A DNA stretch of 63,435 bases, counting the filler, from Octopus bimaculoides (lineage: Eukaryota), in assembly GCF_001194135.2 (NCBI RefSeq). It is 9 parts of 8 records of this genome, joined end to end, with 100 filler letters (N's around TTAATTAATTAA, not from the genome) between each part and the next. Parts side by side here need not be neighbours in the genome. Positions count along the whole stretch, not along the records: positions 41,834 to 53,632 come from NC_068996.1; positions 53,733 to 57,621 come from NW_026384428.1; positions 57,722 to 63,435 come from NC_068997.1; 6 more parts are not named here. One strand, written 5' to 3'. Below, piece after piece: positions 48,550 through 61,290 of the stretch. The notes beneath the pieces are model-generated. The model ran no database searches, was not told the DNA's origin, and was given only the letters and a program-made list of their open reading frames with translations. A program made the position numbers and the translations under genes. The first letter of the stretch is position 1, and every line of letters begins with the position of its first letter.

Positions 48550-48618
48550 TGACATTTATATTTATATTTATATTTGATATATAATTATATATAATTATGT
48601 ATATATTATGTAAATATC

Positions 48619-48662
<44 letters not shown>

Positions 48663-48871
48663 NNNNNNNNNNNNNNNNNNNNNNNNNNNNNNNNNNNNNN
48701 NNNNNNNNNNNNNNNNNNNNNNNNNNNNNNNNNNNNNNNNNNNNNNNNNNNNNNNNNNNNNNNNNNNNNNNNNNNNNNNNNNNNNNNNNNNNNNNNNNNN
48801 NNNNNNNNNNNNNNNNNNNNNNNNNNNNNNNNNNNNNNNNNNNNNNNNNNNNNNNNNNNNNNNNNNNNNNN

Positions 48872-48932
<61 letters not shown>

Positions 48933-49285
48933 CATAGATGAGATCCAGATATTCTCTGTATAGTTCCATTTTTGAACTTCTCTCCTTTAACATCTCAAAT
49001 GCAAGATCTCTTCCCTGAAGATGGGGGCTCATCTTATCCTATGATGGAATCAATCTACACACATTATTATGGGCTGCTGAGCCCCAGAAACAGCTGTTGG
49101 ATTTGTAATTCTTTTCTATCACCTTTGTGTATCATTTGTACTCTGTGTAAGTTGGACCTTTTTATATGTATACATATATACATTTGTTGTATTTATGTAT
49201 TTAATATACTTTATGTATTTAATATACTTTATGTATTGATCTGTATAACTTGCTCATCCCTACATTTACCTTTATATATATATAA

Positions 49286-49432
49286 AATCGCCCCCAGGAC
49301 TTATTCTTTGAAAGCCTAGTACTTATTCTATCGTTCTCTTTTTGCCGAACCGCTAAGTTACGGGGATGTAAACACACCTGCATCAGTTGTCCAGCAATGG
49401 TGGGGAGACAAACACACACACACACGCACGCG

Positions 49433-49480
<48 letters not shown>

Positions 49481-49650
49481 TATATACGACAGGCTTCTTT
49501 CAGTTTTCGCCTACCAAATCCACTCCCAAGGCTTTGGTCAGCTTGAGGCTATAGTAGAAGACACTTGCCCAAGATGCCACGCAGTGGGACTGAACCCGGA
49601 ACCATGTGGTTGGTAAGCAAGCTACTTACCACACAGCCACTCCTGCACCT
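49286..49650 (-). mobile_element. Near full-length SINE family A (3' tip missing)
   Basis: Ends GCAGTGGGACTGAACCCGGAACCATGTGGTTGGTAAGCAAGCTACTTACCACACAGCCACTCCTGCACCT, with an intact B-box GGTTCAGTCCC on the minus strand. Confidence 0.92.
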
Positions 49651-51163
49651 ATATATATGTTTGTAACGTATTTTAACTTCTAAAAGCAAATTCACTGCAG
49701 CCACCTCCACCTCTTGCCTGACTCACTCTTATTTCCTTTACCTTCCAACCCAAAATTGATATTCAACATTGACCACACCTCCACCTGTGTTCACCAATCA
49801 CTACATCCACCTCTACCTCCATCTCTAAAAGTCTGTCATTCTCCATTCACAATCTCACAAACTTTATCCACCTACTCTTTCCAATTCCCTGTCCCTATTC
49901 TCTCATGTGTTCACCTTCTTATACTTTGAGTTTATGTGCTGATATCTCATTACTACTATCTCTTTTCTATCTTTCTAGTTAGGGTATACAGAATAGTAAA
50001 ATGTTCTGAAAGTATGTGCATTTGAAACAGAGGCCTTATTCTCCATTTGGCCCACTCTGCAAACCCCACACATGTCAAATTACTAATGATCCTAAAGAGT
50101 ATTAAGAACTTTATTGCCAAAAGTTATGCTGGCATTTTTACAGTTGAAAATCCAAATTTAGCGTCTGCATTGCTACTGACACTATATTCCATAACATCTG
50201 TTCAATTTACTCTTATAATGGTACGATGCTACATCAAGCATATGCACAACTATGCCTCCCCTTCTCTATACAAGGATTTCAAAATATTCAACAAACATAA
50301 AAAGATTGCCATTTTGTAGTTTAGTTTCAATAGTAGCCATGATTGGAAAATGCACCAAATCATAACATCATATATTAATTCAGAATAGCTTGAGTTTTCT
50401 TATGAAAGCAATAATAGCCTGTTTGCAAGATATAAGATTACAGTTTTCTCCTGTTTTTTTAACAAATTAAACTTTTTCAAATACACCTGACAGGTAAAAT
50501 ATATCACCCATAACAACAGCAACAACAAACTGTTCGGCACGCTGCTTACTTTTCAGAAATGACAAAACTGTCTCCAACTGCCACAAAGCTACAAAGACAA
50601 TTAGCTTTTGATAAACTTAACACCTCTGTCTGCATCAGTAGCCATTCAGACTGTCATTTTTGCCACAAACATTGCAAGAAAAAAAGACAATCTTGAAATG
50701 CATTTAATTTGATAATGTTGGCAGTTTTTATTACAATGGCTAGGGGTGGTTGGCAGATGTCCTCACAATTTTTCTGCTTTTAAATTTTGATGATGGATCA
50801 TACAGTGTATGCAAAAAAAAAAAAAAATCTTAAGGTTTTTTTCAAAAGGTAATACCTTCAACTGCATAAACCATTATATTTCCATGTGGAATACTGTTTT
50901 CCTTGAAATAAATCTCAAGTTCTTTAACAATTATTCCATGTCTTGGTATCTATTGTCTGTCTTCAGGTGAAAAATGTTTCCTCTTTGAGTTGATAGTTAT
51001 TCCAAAACATAACATGCATAATTAGTTGGTTGTTGTCATTAAAAGCTGTTTCATCAATTTGTAGGGGTAAACAGGTTTTATTTTGAAGCTGTCCAAAAAC
51101 TGATAAGTTGTTGTAAGAGATGATCTTTGGTTAGTTAATGTGTGCTTTGCTCCATGACGCAAT

Positions 51164-51465
51164 GGTGCAATGGCCCAGTGGTTAAGGCAGCGGACTCGCG
51201 GTCGGAGGATCGCGGTTTCGATTCTCAGACCGGGCGTTGTGTGTTTATTGAGCGAAACACCTAAGCTCCATGAGGCTCCGGCAGGGGCTGGTGGCGACCC
51301 CTGTTGTACTCTTTCGCCCCAACTTTCTCTCATTCTTTCTTCCTGTTTCTTGAGTAACACTGCGATGGACTGGCGTCTCGTCCAGCTGGAGGGGAACACA
51401 TACGCCATAGAAACCGGGAAAACGAGCCCATGAGCCTGGCTAGGCTTTGAAAGGGTGACGTTTAT
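51164..51465 (+). mobile_element. tRNA(Arg)-like-headed SINE with V-domain-like core
   Basis: A-box TGGCCCAGTGG (51171-51181), B-box-like GGTTTCGATTC (51214-51224), core TGCGATGGACTGGCGTCTCGTCCAG..AGAAACCGGG. Imperfect flanking duplication at 51147-51163 / 51468-51482. Confidence 0.75.
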
Positions 51466-51737
51466 CCTTGCTTCATGGCAATTGAAAAGACAACATATTC
51501 CACACTCGAAATGAAAGCTTCATGACCATTATGTGGCTTCAAAGCTTTTCCAATCATGTTGGTTGTCTCAAAGGATTTAAGTAAACTGTTGTATACTGTG
51601 GATATTCCTTTGTTAAACAACTGATTCAAAGTTTATATAGCTTAGAAATCATCACTCAGTTTGTTTATTCTGTTTAAAGAACTCTTTGGATTTTCTCTTC
51701 TTGGTATCATGCTTTGAACAATACCAAATGGTATTAA

Positions 51738-51942
51738 CCCTTTAGTCAAATCTAATACTTTACCCATTCATATTGTTTTGAATTAATTATGTATTATCTT
51801 GTAGCTTTGAGATTTCGTTAGAGTGATTGTTTGTCTTTAGAAAAACATTGTAGGTCAGATGTGAGAAGCCACATTTGTCCAGTTTGAACATAAAACAGCA
51901 GGGATATTTGGGCTAGATTTGGTTGATTTAAACACCAGAGGG
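51738..51942. mobile_element. piggyBac-type MITE
   Basis: TTAA|CCCTTTAG ... CCAGAGGG|TTAA: a TTAA duplication with CCC/GGG termini, 205 bp. Confidence 0.7.
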
Positions 51943-52429
51943 TTAAATTGTTTTCCAAATGGTTTAATATCTGTTATGGTAACATTCTGTTATTTGAAAG
52001 TTCTGTCATACATACAAGTCAAATCGACTTTGTAATGTTCTCTGGAAATGGAACAAAATTGTGGAATATAACCTAGATTTTTTTCCCTTTGACATACAAA
52101 ACTGAGTAATCTGATATAAAAATACAATAATTAACATCACTAATCTTTGGATAATTAATGATATAGCATTAATTATGATAATGAGATCATTTTAGTAAGT
52201 AGTCAGTACACACTGTAAAGGATTTGGCAAATGAGCAAAGAAAGCATGGGGCTTATGAGGTCCATTCAGTACTGTCTCATGATGTATGAAGGGCTTGTTG
52301 ATAGCAAGGGCATCAAACCATAGAGAACAAAGCCAAACAACAATTACAAGCACCATTTTTCATGGGAACAGGGTGACTGTGATGACCCATTCAACCCATG
52401 GCAGTATGGAAAGCAAATGTAAAGTGAAT

Positions 52430-52575
52430 GATGTTGATGATGATATTGATGGCGGTGGTGGTTGTAGTGATGATGATGATGATGATGATGATGATGACGA
52501 CGACGACAACGACGACAACGGCGGCGGCAGCGGCAGCGGCAGCGGCAGCGGCAGCGGCAGCGGCGGTGATGCTGG

Positions 52576-52613
<38 letters not shown>

Positions 52614-52640
52614 TGGAGGAGGAGGAGGAGGAGGAGGATG
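52430..52640. repeat. Compound triplet/hexamer repeat (GAT)n(GAC)n(GGCAGC)6(GAT)n(GAG)n
   Basis: Direct reading. Confidence 0.95.
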
Positions 52641-53398
52641 ACAATAAATTATTAACAAAGAACAAAAAATAAATTCAGAAATTCTGTGTCAAATGTACAA
52701 AGCTTAATTTATAAATTTGTGTGTGTGGGGGTGTATGCATGTGTGTAATTATATGCAAGTTTGTGCATGTGTGAGTGTGATGTGTGTGTATGCACGTGCG
52801 TTTGTGTGTCTGTGTGTCTGTTTGTGCAATAACGTTGATAATCTGCATCTTCATGTGTCACTATCAAGCAAAAGCAGTGATGTAATGGTTACATTCCCAG
52901 CTAATATGTCCAGTTGCTCTGTGGATTTGAAAAGCAATGGATATTTTTAAAAAATTCTATTACTTGATAGCAGTTAAGATTTGGGGACAAAGAAGAACAT
53001 CTGGCTATAAAATGCTGCTTCAGATATGTCTTTGTTCAACCTCTGTTAGCATAGAAAAACAGATCATCCTTTTCATAACAACTCACCTGAAACCACCTTT
53101 TGTTCTGTGTCACAAAGTAATCTAAATTTGAACTTACCATTTTATGTTAATTTATGTTAATTTATGTTAATTTATGTTCCAAATATCAACTTACTTATGA
53201 CAACATTATTTTAATAAATTCTTCGTTGTTTTCAAAATTTATTGAAACAAAAAATGTATTTCAGCAGAAACATAGTATGTTTTAAGGATTTGGTAAAATA
53301 ATAACCCTTTTCTTTTCATTAATGGGTATATTAAGCTGATGTCTGGGACATGACTTAATGAAGTAATTCCTGCATAGAATTATGAAGAGAAAGGTTCT

Positions 53399-53632
53399 GG
53401 TGGTGAAGCATGACCTTTGAACGTTGGGCCTCACAGAGGCAATGACGAAAGACCAAGGCCTCTGGAGATATGCTGTGACTGCGAAGACCTGACAAATAAA
53501 GTGAGTTCATGGCTGTATCCTACACCAGTTTTGCATAACCAGCCCCAGCCCATTCAAAAGTACCATGGATCATAGGGCGACCTGCTGTGCTTGAGGAGAC
53601 CTATTGAGTCAAGTACATCAACATCAAAATGA
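53399..53632 (+). mobile_element. RTE LINE 3' end (same family as 7630-8390), cut by linker
   Basis: GGTGGTGAAGCATGACCTTTGAACGTTGGGCCTCACAGAGGCAATGACGAAAGACC is near-identical to 7828-7885. Confidence 0.85.
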
Positions 53633-53732
53633 NNNNNNNNNNNNNNNNNNNNNNNNNNNNNNNNNNNNNNNNNNNNTTAATTAATTAANNNNNNNNNNNN
53701 NNNNNNNNNNNNNNNNNNNNNNNNNNNNNNNN

Positions 53733-53789
<57 letters not shown>

Positions 53790-54314
53790 ATACATTAAGT
53801 ATCTATATGCAAATATATACCTAGGTATAGACAGTATGTATAAAGATAAATAATTAAATATATATATATACGTGCTTATTAACATATTTTTCTATTTATA
53901 CATACACACACACATATACATATATATATGCATATGTATGTACATGTGTATTTATATATGTACATATATGTGTGTGTGTAAACATATATATATATGTCTA
54001 TATGTGTATGCACATTATGACCACATGCATTCATATGCACGCATATTATGCACACATATACAAACACATCCACACACATAGACATACGTGCCTTGAAAAC
54101 TGTGACGCCGAACGTGTCTACAAATGACCGTATATGATACGCATTTGTCATCATATCTGTCAGTGTCAGCGTCTGTGCGCGTGCAGACAAGCATAGCGTT
54201 CGAGGGTGTATACACACATGCCTAATACACATACATAAACACATTGTATATGCATGTAAGTATATGTCCATCCATAACATATACGTTTGTGTCGGATCCT
54301 ATATATATATATAT

Positions 54315-54351
<37 letters not shown>

Positions 54352-55040
54352 ACGCATGTATGTTTATATGCATGTAGGCGAGTGGCTGTAAGCGTTTGTG
54401 TGTCTTTTCCTCTCTATACGTCTGTCACTTCCGTTTGCGCGCTCTCCCAATCTTAACTACACTTATGCCTACGTAGATAATTTGATAAATGTCAGAAAAA
54501 TGAACATCGCCATTTTGGATGTTTTTTTTTCTTCTTTTCGTTTTCTCGGCCATTTGTAATTTTCAGGGACATTTTTCTTTTGTTTTCCTTTATTTTACTT
54601 TTTTTTTTCTGTCATTTTTTTTTTCTATAACAGGAAGAAATTTTGGTTCGTTTTCTTCCTTTTTTCTTTCATTTTCTCCTCAGTCCTTTCCTTGTCCCTT
54701 CGTTTTCATAAACGTTATCGTTATTCCCGTAGTTGTTGTTGTTTGTGATATTGTTGTTTGCGATATTGTTGTTGTTTGTGATATTGTTGTTGTTACTTCA
54801 TTCTCACTTCTACACTTTATTACAGTCGTTTTTTTTATTGTTTTGTTTTGTGTTTTGCTTTTTTTTTGTTATTCACTCTTTTTCCCATATTGCACTCTAT
54901 TATACTCCTTCTTCATTTTCTTCTTCTTTTCAATAAATACAAACGATGTATATAAATATAAACACATACATATATCTATAAATATACGCACATACATGCA
55001 TATTAAAAACGCACAAACACATACATATGTCATATATGTA

Positions 55041-55086
<46 letters not shown>

Positions 55087-55289
55087 TTTGTGTGTGTATA
55101 AATATATGAGACAAAGAATATGGTTATTAGTTGGACAGAACAAACGGGTAGAAAATGTAAAAGAATCGTAGAAACTTAAGAATATAAAAAAAAATTCAAA
55201 TATTTAAGACAAATGATAAATCAGGGAAGGGGGTGTCCATGTGGAAGACGTTATTCCAAGAAGGAAACCAAAAACAACATTTGTAAGAA

Positions 55290-55700
55290 TGAATAAAGAT
55301 TTCCACCCGAAAAGACATCAGGCTGCAACTTAAAGTCAGACTAGTAAACTGTTATATTATGCCAATTGTGTTTCTATATGGCAGAAGTTTGGACAATATA
55401 CACAGCTATAATGAAAAAAGATTATCTGCAGAAGCCGGGGTAACTAATGCTGCAGTGCTAGTAATGCTGACTGAAAGTTCGACGATAAATAAAATGGAGA
55501 ATCTAGTCTACAAAGCCATCGAATTTGGTGTATATAGTGCGTCAGAAGTCGCGGCCTGAGACAAGTCTAACAAGAAATATTGAGAGAAGAGAGCAAATGG
55601 CGGTCAAAGACGTTTGTGGAACGTTAGACATCAAACAGTGGTCGGGAAAGAAGAGTTTGGTTGACTGACTGCATGTAGGAAGCATACAGGGAGCTGCAGG
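55290..55700 (+). mobile_element. Ancient RTE-like LINE remnant
   Basis: LKVRLVNCYIMPIVFLYG / AEVWTI..MKK and a later GQRRLW..DIKQW-like segment resemble the RTE C-terminus. Multiple frameshifts. Confidence 0.45.
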
Positions 55701-55746
55701 GTCTTGGTAAATCGACTTCCGGAATGCAGGCAGGCACCTGATTAAG

Positions 55747-55781
<35 letters not shown>

Positions 55782-57428
55782 NNNNNNNNNNNNNNNNNNN
55801 NNNNNNNNNNNNNNNNNNNNNNNNNNNNNNNNNNNNNNNNNNNNNNNNNNNNNNNNNNNNNNNNNNNNNNNNNNNNNNNNNNNNNNNNNNNNNNNNNNNN
55901 NNNNNNNNNNNNNNNNNNNNNNNNNNNNNNNNNNNNNNNNNNNNNNNNNNNNNNNNNNNNNNNNNNNNNNNNNNNNNNNNNNNNNNNNNNNNNNNNNNNN
56001 NNNNNNNNNNNNNNNNNNNNNNNNNNNNNNNNNNNNNNNNNNNNNNNNNNNNNNNNNNNNNNNNNNNNNNNNNNNNNNNNNNNNNNNNNNNNNNNNNNNN
56101 NNNNNNNNNNNNNNNNNNNNNNNNNNNNNNNNNNNNNNNNNNNNNNNNNNNNNNNNNNNNNNNNNNNNNNNNNNNNNNNNNNNNNNNNNNNNNNNNNNNN
56201 NNNNNNNNNNNNNNNNNNNNNNNNNNNNNNNNNNNNNNNNNNNNNNNNNNNNNNNNNNNNNNNNNNNNNNNNNNNNNNNNNNNNNNNNNNNNNNNNNNNN
56301 NNNNNNNNNNNNNNNNNNNNNNNNNNNNNNNNNNNNNNNNNNNNNNNNNNNNNNNNNNNNNNNNNNNNNNNNNNNNNNNNNNNNNNNNNNNNNNNNNNNN
56401 NNNNNNATATATATATACTAGCTAGCACTATGACGTGACAGTTGAGGGCTAATTGTAGTATTTGTTACTGAAAGAACGCTGATTCACACATACGAGCATT
56501 CACATACTTTCCTTGTACATGCGCATATATACTCACACAGAGTTGAAATGCTGTTTGATTTTCTTTTCACCATAGAATTTCCATCATCCCTCTACCAGCC
56601 TTCCATCACCCCTTCCTTCTTTATTCAACTACCACCCCTTCCTTTCTCATCCATATATTGTGACGGAGAAAACTACAAGAGTATTATTATAGTAGATATA
56701 TATGCACCAGCTGCTAGAAATGTGTTTCGTATGTAAATTGGTTTATCAAATAGTGTTACACGCTAAAGTTTGTGAGTATTTAAGCAATGCGTTCGTAGAT
56801 CGTTAACGAATTGAATGTGGTGCCGATGAAAGATCAATAACTCCTGAAACATGCATATACACTCATTACCATTTTATTTTCTATCTCTGATCGCATTGTT
56901 TATATAGATATATGCTTTATGAAAACGGCGTAACTTTCGATGCTGGTTCTGAATACTGTAGAAAATCTATATATAGAGATAAACTGAAAAAATTATATAT
57001 ATAAAGATAGGTATGTATATTTGTGTATATATGTTTAAAGACAGAGAAAGGCAGACAGGCAAAGATGTTTATATGTGTGTGTGTGTACTGCAAAGGATGG
57101 AGGGAAGAGGGAGGAGAGAAGAATATACAATGTCTGTTATTAAGTTTTAGTCAATTTTACAAAGATGTCTGCCATCGTCGTTAGTTATTGAAATCTTACA
57201 CAATATAGCGCGGTTTGATGATGCATTGCTATGAGCGAATACATTATTACTCGGCGGTACGAAGACGAAATTATAAACAGAGAAAATATATAGGAGGCGG
57301 GGAGGAACAAAAGTAAAAGCAGGGGGGGAACAAAGAAAGTGTAGAAGAGGGAAACGAAGAAGAAAGAAAAACATAAAACTAAATACTATGTATGTAATGA
57401 TCATAAAAAGGATAATCATAGAGTGAAA

Positions 57429-57600
57429 GTGAAAGTACGTGATTTAGTGGGTAGTGTATTCGGTTCGTGATTGTGAGGTGGTGAGTTCCATTACCGGTGA
57501 CGGGTTTTGTCCTCGGGCAAGACACTTCATTCTTCAGATTGTTAGCAAGTGATGTTGTTCTTGTGAGTCTGTCGTAGCCTGAGAAAACACGGTTCTGTCA
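57429..57600 (+). mobile_element. tRNA-derived SINE, family D (diverged)
   Basis: A-box-like TGATTTAGTGG, B-box-like GAGTTCCATTACC, then GTCCTCGGGCAAGACACTT, a post-tRNA motif common in CORE/V-type SINEs. Confidence 0.6.
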
Positions 57601-57721
57601 GCACTCTATCTCTCTCTCTCTNNNNNNNNNNNNNNNNNNNNNNNNNNNNNNNNNNNNNNNNNNNNTTAATTAATTAANNNNNNNNNNNNNNNNNNNNNNN
57701 NNNNNNNNNNNNNNNNNNNNN

Positions 57722-57781
<60 letters not shown>

Positions 57782-58375
57782 TGTGTGTGTGTTGTATGTA
57801 ACCTTCTCAATTCTTAGTCCATTTACATCATCAATGCTCTTTGAGAAATGTTTGAATGTCACACATACTGTAAGTCTTCTCGCATTTCTTTGCTTCTCTA
57901 CCGGATATATTTAAGATAAATGTAAGAGATTTCTGTTTGTCTGAGAATTACGTGTACGTGTCTGTGTGTGTGTTTGTTTGTGTGCGTGCGTATGTGTTTG
58001 TGTCTATGTAAGTGCGTGCGTGCGTGTGTGTTTTTTGTCTATGTAAATGTGTGCTGTACTTAAGATTACAAGACCTGGTATCTTAAAGAAGATTTCTACA
58101 CTCAGTTTATGTCTGAGACGACCGCAAAACACAAGAAGTTCTCTGATTTATGTGTTTTCACCCAGTGGTATCACAAACGTCCATATATCACATTATATAC
58201 ACTAACTACCAAAGAAGCGCAAATATTGGGTACCAGGGATGGCCGTATGGTTGATAAATTCAATTCGTTATTATTTGATGCCGGTTTCTAACTCACTGAG
58301 CAGCACCATTTTAGGTCAATGCTTTCTATCTTAGTTTTAAATGTCCTTATTTCTGCTATGTGTTTTTCTTCCTGC

Positions 58376-58517
58376 TAGAAGCAGAAGACTTGAAATTTTG
58401 TCGGGGTGGGGCTAATCGATTACATCAACCCCAATGCTCAACTGGTACTTAATGTCATCGATCCCGAAAGTATGAAATGCTAGGTCAACCTTGACGGTAT
58501 TTGAACTCAGAAAGTAA
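58376..58517 (-). mobile_element. SINE family B, headless
   Basis: CTTGAAATTTTGTCGGGG..AATCGATTACATCAACCCC..CTGGTACTTAA..CCCGAAAGTATGAAA..TTTGAACTCAGAA. Confidence 0.75.
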
Positions 58518-58574
58518 TCTTATTTTCAAATCAATTCTATAATTTCTCAGTGGAACTGGGTAAAGAGAAACTAA

Positions 58575-58800
58575 AGGCGTCGAGCTGGCAGAAACGTTAG
58601 CGCGCCGGGCGAAATGCTTAGCAGTATTTCGTCTGCTCTTACGTTCTGAGTTCAAATTCCGCCGAGGCCGACTTTGCCTTTCATTCTTTCGGGGTCGATA
58701 AATTAAGTACCAGTTACGATGTAATCGACTTAATCCCTTTGTCTGTCCTTGTTTGTCCCCTCTATGTTTAGCCCCTTGTGGGTAATAAAAAGATATAAGA
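58575..58800 (+). mobile_element. Young SINE family B variant with alternative 3' tail
   Basis: CpG-intact head and core. The tail TCCCTTTGTCTGTCCTTGTTTGTCCCCTCTATGTTTAGCCCCTTGTGGG is unlike the other B copies. Confidence 0.88.
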
Positions 58801-59321
58801 AACTGCACAGAAGTCTGTTACATTGTATATAGTCATATGTGTATGTTCGTGGATGTGTGTGCATGTCTGTGTGTGTGCATGTCTGTGTGTGTGCATGTCT
58901 GTGTGTGTGTATGTGCTTATATCTCTCCGTGTGTAAGTGGAAGATACATGATAAAAGATGAGGTTTGGGTGGAGAAGCAAAATTTCTAAGTGATGTGGAA
59001 TTAAGTTGATTAATCTATTTCATTTCGAAATGTGTTTAATTAGTATTCTATTAAAGCAGCTATAATCAAATTAATTATTCGTTGTATTTTATATTGTATT
59101 TTGTTAACAATCGTTTCGTGGATTTTAGGTTTTCTCACAGACCAATTATGACCAATTATGACCAATTATGACAAAAATGTAATCATGATGGCGAGAATGA
59201 TGAAGGATTAATTGTGTAACTCAGAAGGGACAAATATTACAGGGGATTTTCGATTGAGAACACCGGTTTGTCTGTTCTTTCGTCGCTGATTATTTTGTTA
59301 TCGATATACAATGTGGAGGGA

Positions 59322-59390
59322 CCCGGACCGACCAAAAGCCTCGTGAGTGGATTTGGTAGACGGAAACAGAAAGACGCCCGTCGTATACAT
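59322..59390 (+). mobile_element. SINE family A middle fragment
   Basis: CCGACCAAAAGCCTCGTGAGTGGATTTGGTAGACGGAAACAGAAAGACGCCCGTCGTATA. Confidence 0.75.
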
Positions 59391-60722
59391 GTGTGTGTGT
59401 GTTGTGTGTTGTGTGTGTGTGTGTGTGTGTGTGTGTGAGTATGTGTTTATATATTATATCAACATACATATCATATATACATACNNNNNNNNNNNNNNNN
59501 NNNNNNNNNNNNNNNNNNNNNNNNNNNNNNNNNNNNNNNNNNNNNNNNNNNNNNNNNNNNNNNNNNNNNNNNNNNNNNNNNNNNNNNNNNNNNNNNNNNN
59601 NNNNNNNNNNNNNNNNNNNNNNNNNNNNNNNNNNNNNNNNNNNNNNNNNNNNNNNNNNNNNNNNNNNNNNNNNNNNNNNNNNNNNNNNNNNNNNNNNNNN
59701 NNNNNNNNNNNNNNNNNNNNNNNNNNNNNNNNNNNNNNNNNNNNNNNNNNNNNNNNNNNNNNNNNNNNNNNNNNNNNNNNNNNNNNNNNNNNNNNNNNNN
59801 NNNNNNNNNNNNNNNNNNNNNNNNNNNNNNNNNNNNNNNNNNNNNNNNNNNNNNNNNNNNNNNNNNNNNNNNNNNNNNNNNNNNNNNNNNNNNNNNNNNN
59901 NNNNNNNNNNNNNNNNNNNNNNNNNNNNNNNNNNNNNNNNNNNNNNNNNNNNNNNNNNNNNNNNNNNNNNNNNNNNNNNNNNNNNNNNNNNNNNNNNNNN
60001 NNNNNNNNNNNNNNNNNNNNNNNNNNNNNNNNNNNNNNNNNNNNNNNNNNNNNNNNNNNNNNNNNNNNNNNNNNNNNNNNNNNNNNNNNNNNNNNNNNNN
60101 NNNNNNNNNNNNNNNNNNNNNNNNNNNNNNNNNNNGCCCATCATACCATCGACATCAAACATTACTACTGCTACTACGACGATGGCTACGACGGGGATCA
60201 TGACGATGATGACGACCAACGTGACGACAAGCACCATCGATAATATAATCTTCAACACCAGCACCACCACCACCACCACCACCACAACTACCACCCTACC
60301 ATTACTTCTACACCGTTGCGCTTCTACCTCACACGACTACCATTAGCACTAAAATCACCCTACCACCCACATCAAACAAGATTAACTCACAGCTACGATG
60401 ACGATGACACTGATGTTATAAACCCATTACACCACCACCACCACCACCACTATACTACACTTATCACCTTTCTATCACACTATTACCTCTCACCACTGCC
60501 ATTATTAATACTTACAAAATGTCGATGACACAATACTCAGTATAGTAATTTGTTTACACTTAAGATACGTTAGACTGTTGCATGTGTTGACACTACTTGA
60601 TTGATAGTTTAACGTCTCTTAATACATACATATAGATCATATATAGGTATATATATGCATGCATGTATGTAATTTGTACATACATTAATAATATATACAT
60701 ATGCATACATTATGTATGTATG

Positions 60723-60763
<41 letters not shown>

Positions 60764-61086
60764 GTATAATAATATAGATTTAATCAAAAGATTAAATGTG
60801 GTACTTAAAATGTTTGAGGCACCAGAATTTGGTAGGGTAAAAACCAAAACAAAATCAAGAGATTTGGTGACTAAAATTTGAAGTAAAGCAACAAAAATTC
60901 ATTAGGTTATAGCAGTACGTTCGTTTCGTACAAGCTCCATTTATTCATATAGTGAGAACACTACATAAAATGTACAATGAAAATGTACTCCTCGGCTGCA
61001 TAATGGAATTTCATTTTAGAAAGTCATTTTGTAGATGTGTGCAAAAAACGAGTAAGAGAAGAAAAAATACCATCTTGACTATGCTA

Positions 61087-61290
61087 TTACTGAGATCCTC
61101 TTCTAACGTGTTGCACTTGGTGTAGAATGGAGTTTGATGTAGCTACCGTCATTTGCACCACTTGCTGTGAGGTAGGTTCATCTGGGACTCTCGACAGGAA
61201 GAGGTCCAGCCTTGATTTTAAAACGCCTACATCTACTTTGTGTAGGTTCTTCAGGTTCTTTAGGAGAATATTAATAAGCTGTGGGCCCCT
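61087..61290 (-). mobile_element. CR1-like LINE ORF C-terminal fragment
   Basis: GPQLINILLKNLKNLHKVDVGVLKSRLDLFLSRVPDEPT..ATSNSILHQ matches the CR1-type ending G..LFN.LP..........FK..LD.FL..VPD.P...AA.SNSL..Q. Confidence 0.7.

Noticed and set aside
50047-50319. 90-aa ORF with a hydrophobic stretch and a possible internal exon (50148-50220)
   Set aside because: No recognisable homology, a weak donor site, and a length compatible with chance.
52286-52672. 128-aa acidic/Gly-Ser ORF (DDDD..GSGSGS..EEEE)
   Set aside because: It is explained by compound triplet repeats that are open in several frames on both strands, with no splice or domain evidence. Similar tracts at 12700-12970, 45330-45790 and 60135-60460 are treated the same way.
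59140-59172. Short tandem units (GACCAATTAT x3; also TTTATGTTAA x4 at 53141, a 13-mer at 18955 and a 16-mer at ~58855)
   Set aside because: Ordinary slippage duplications without spacers; not CRISPR-like.
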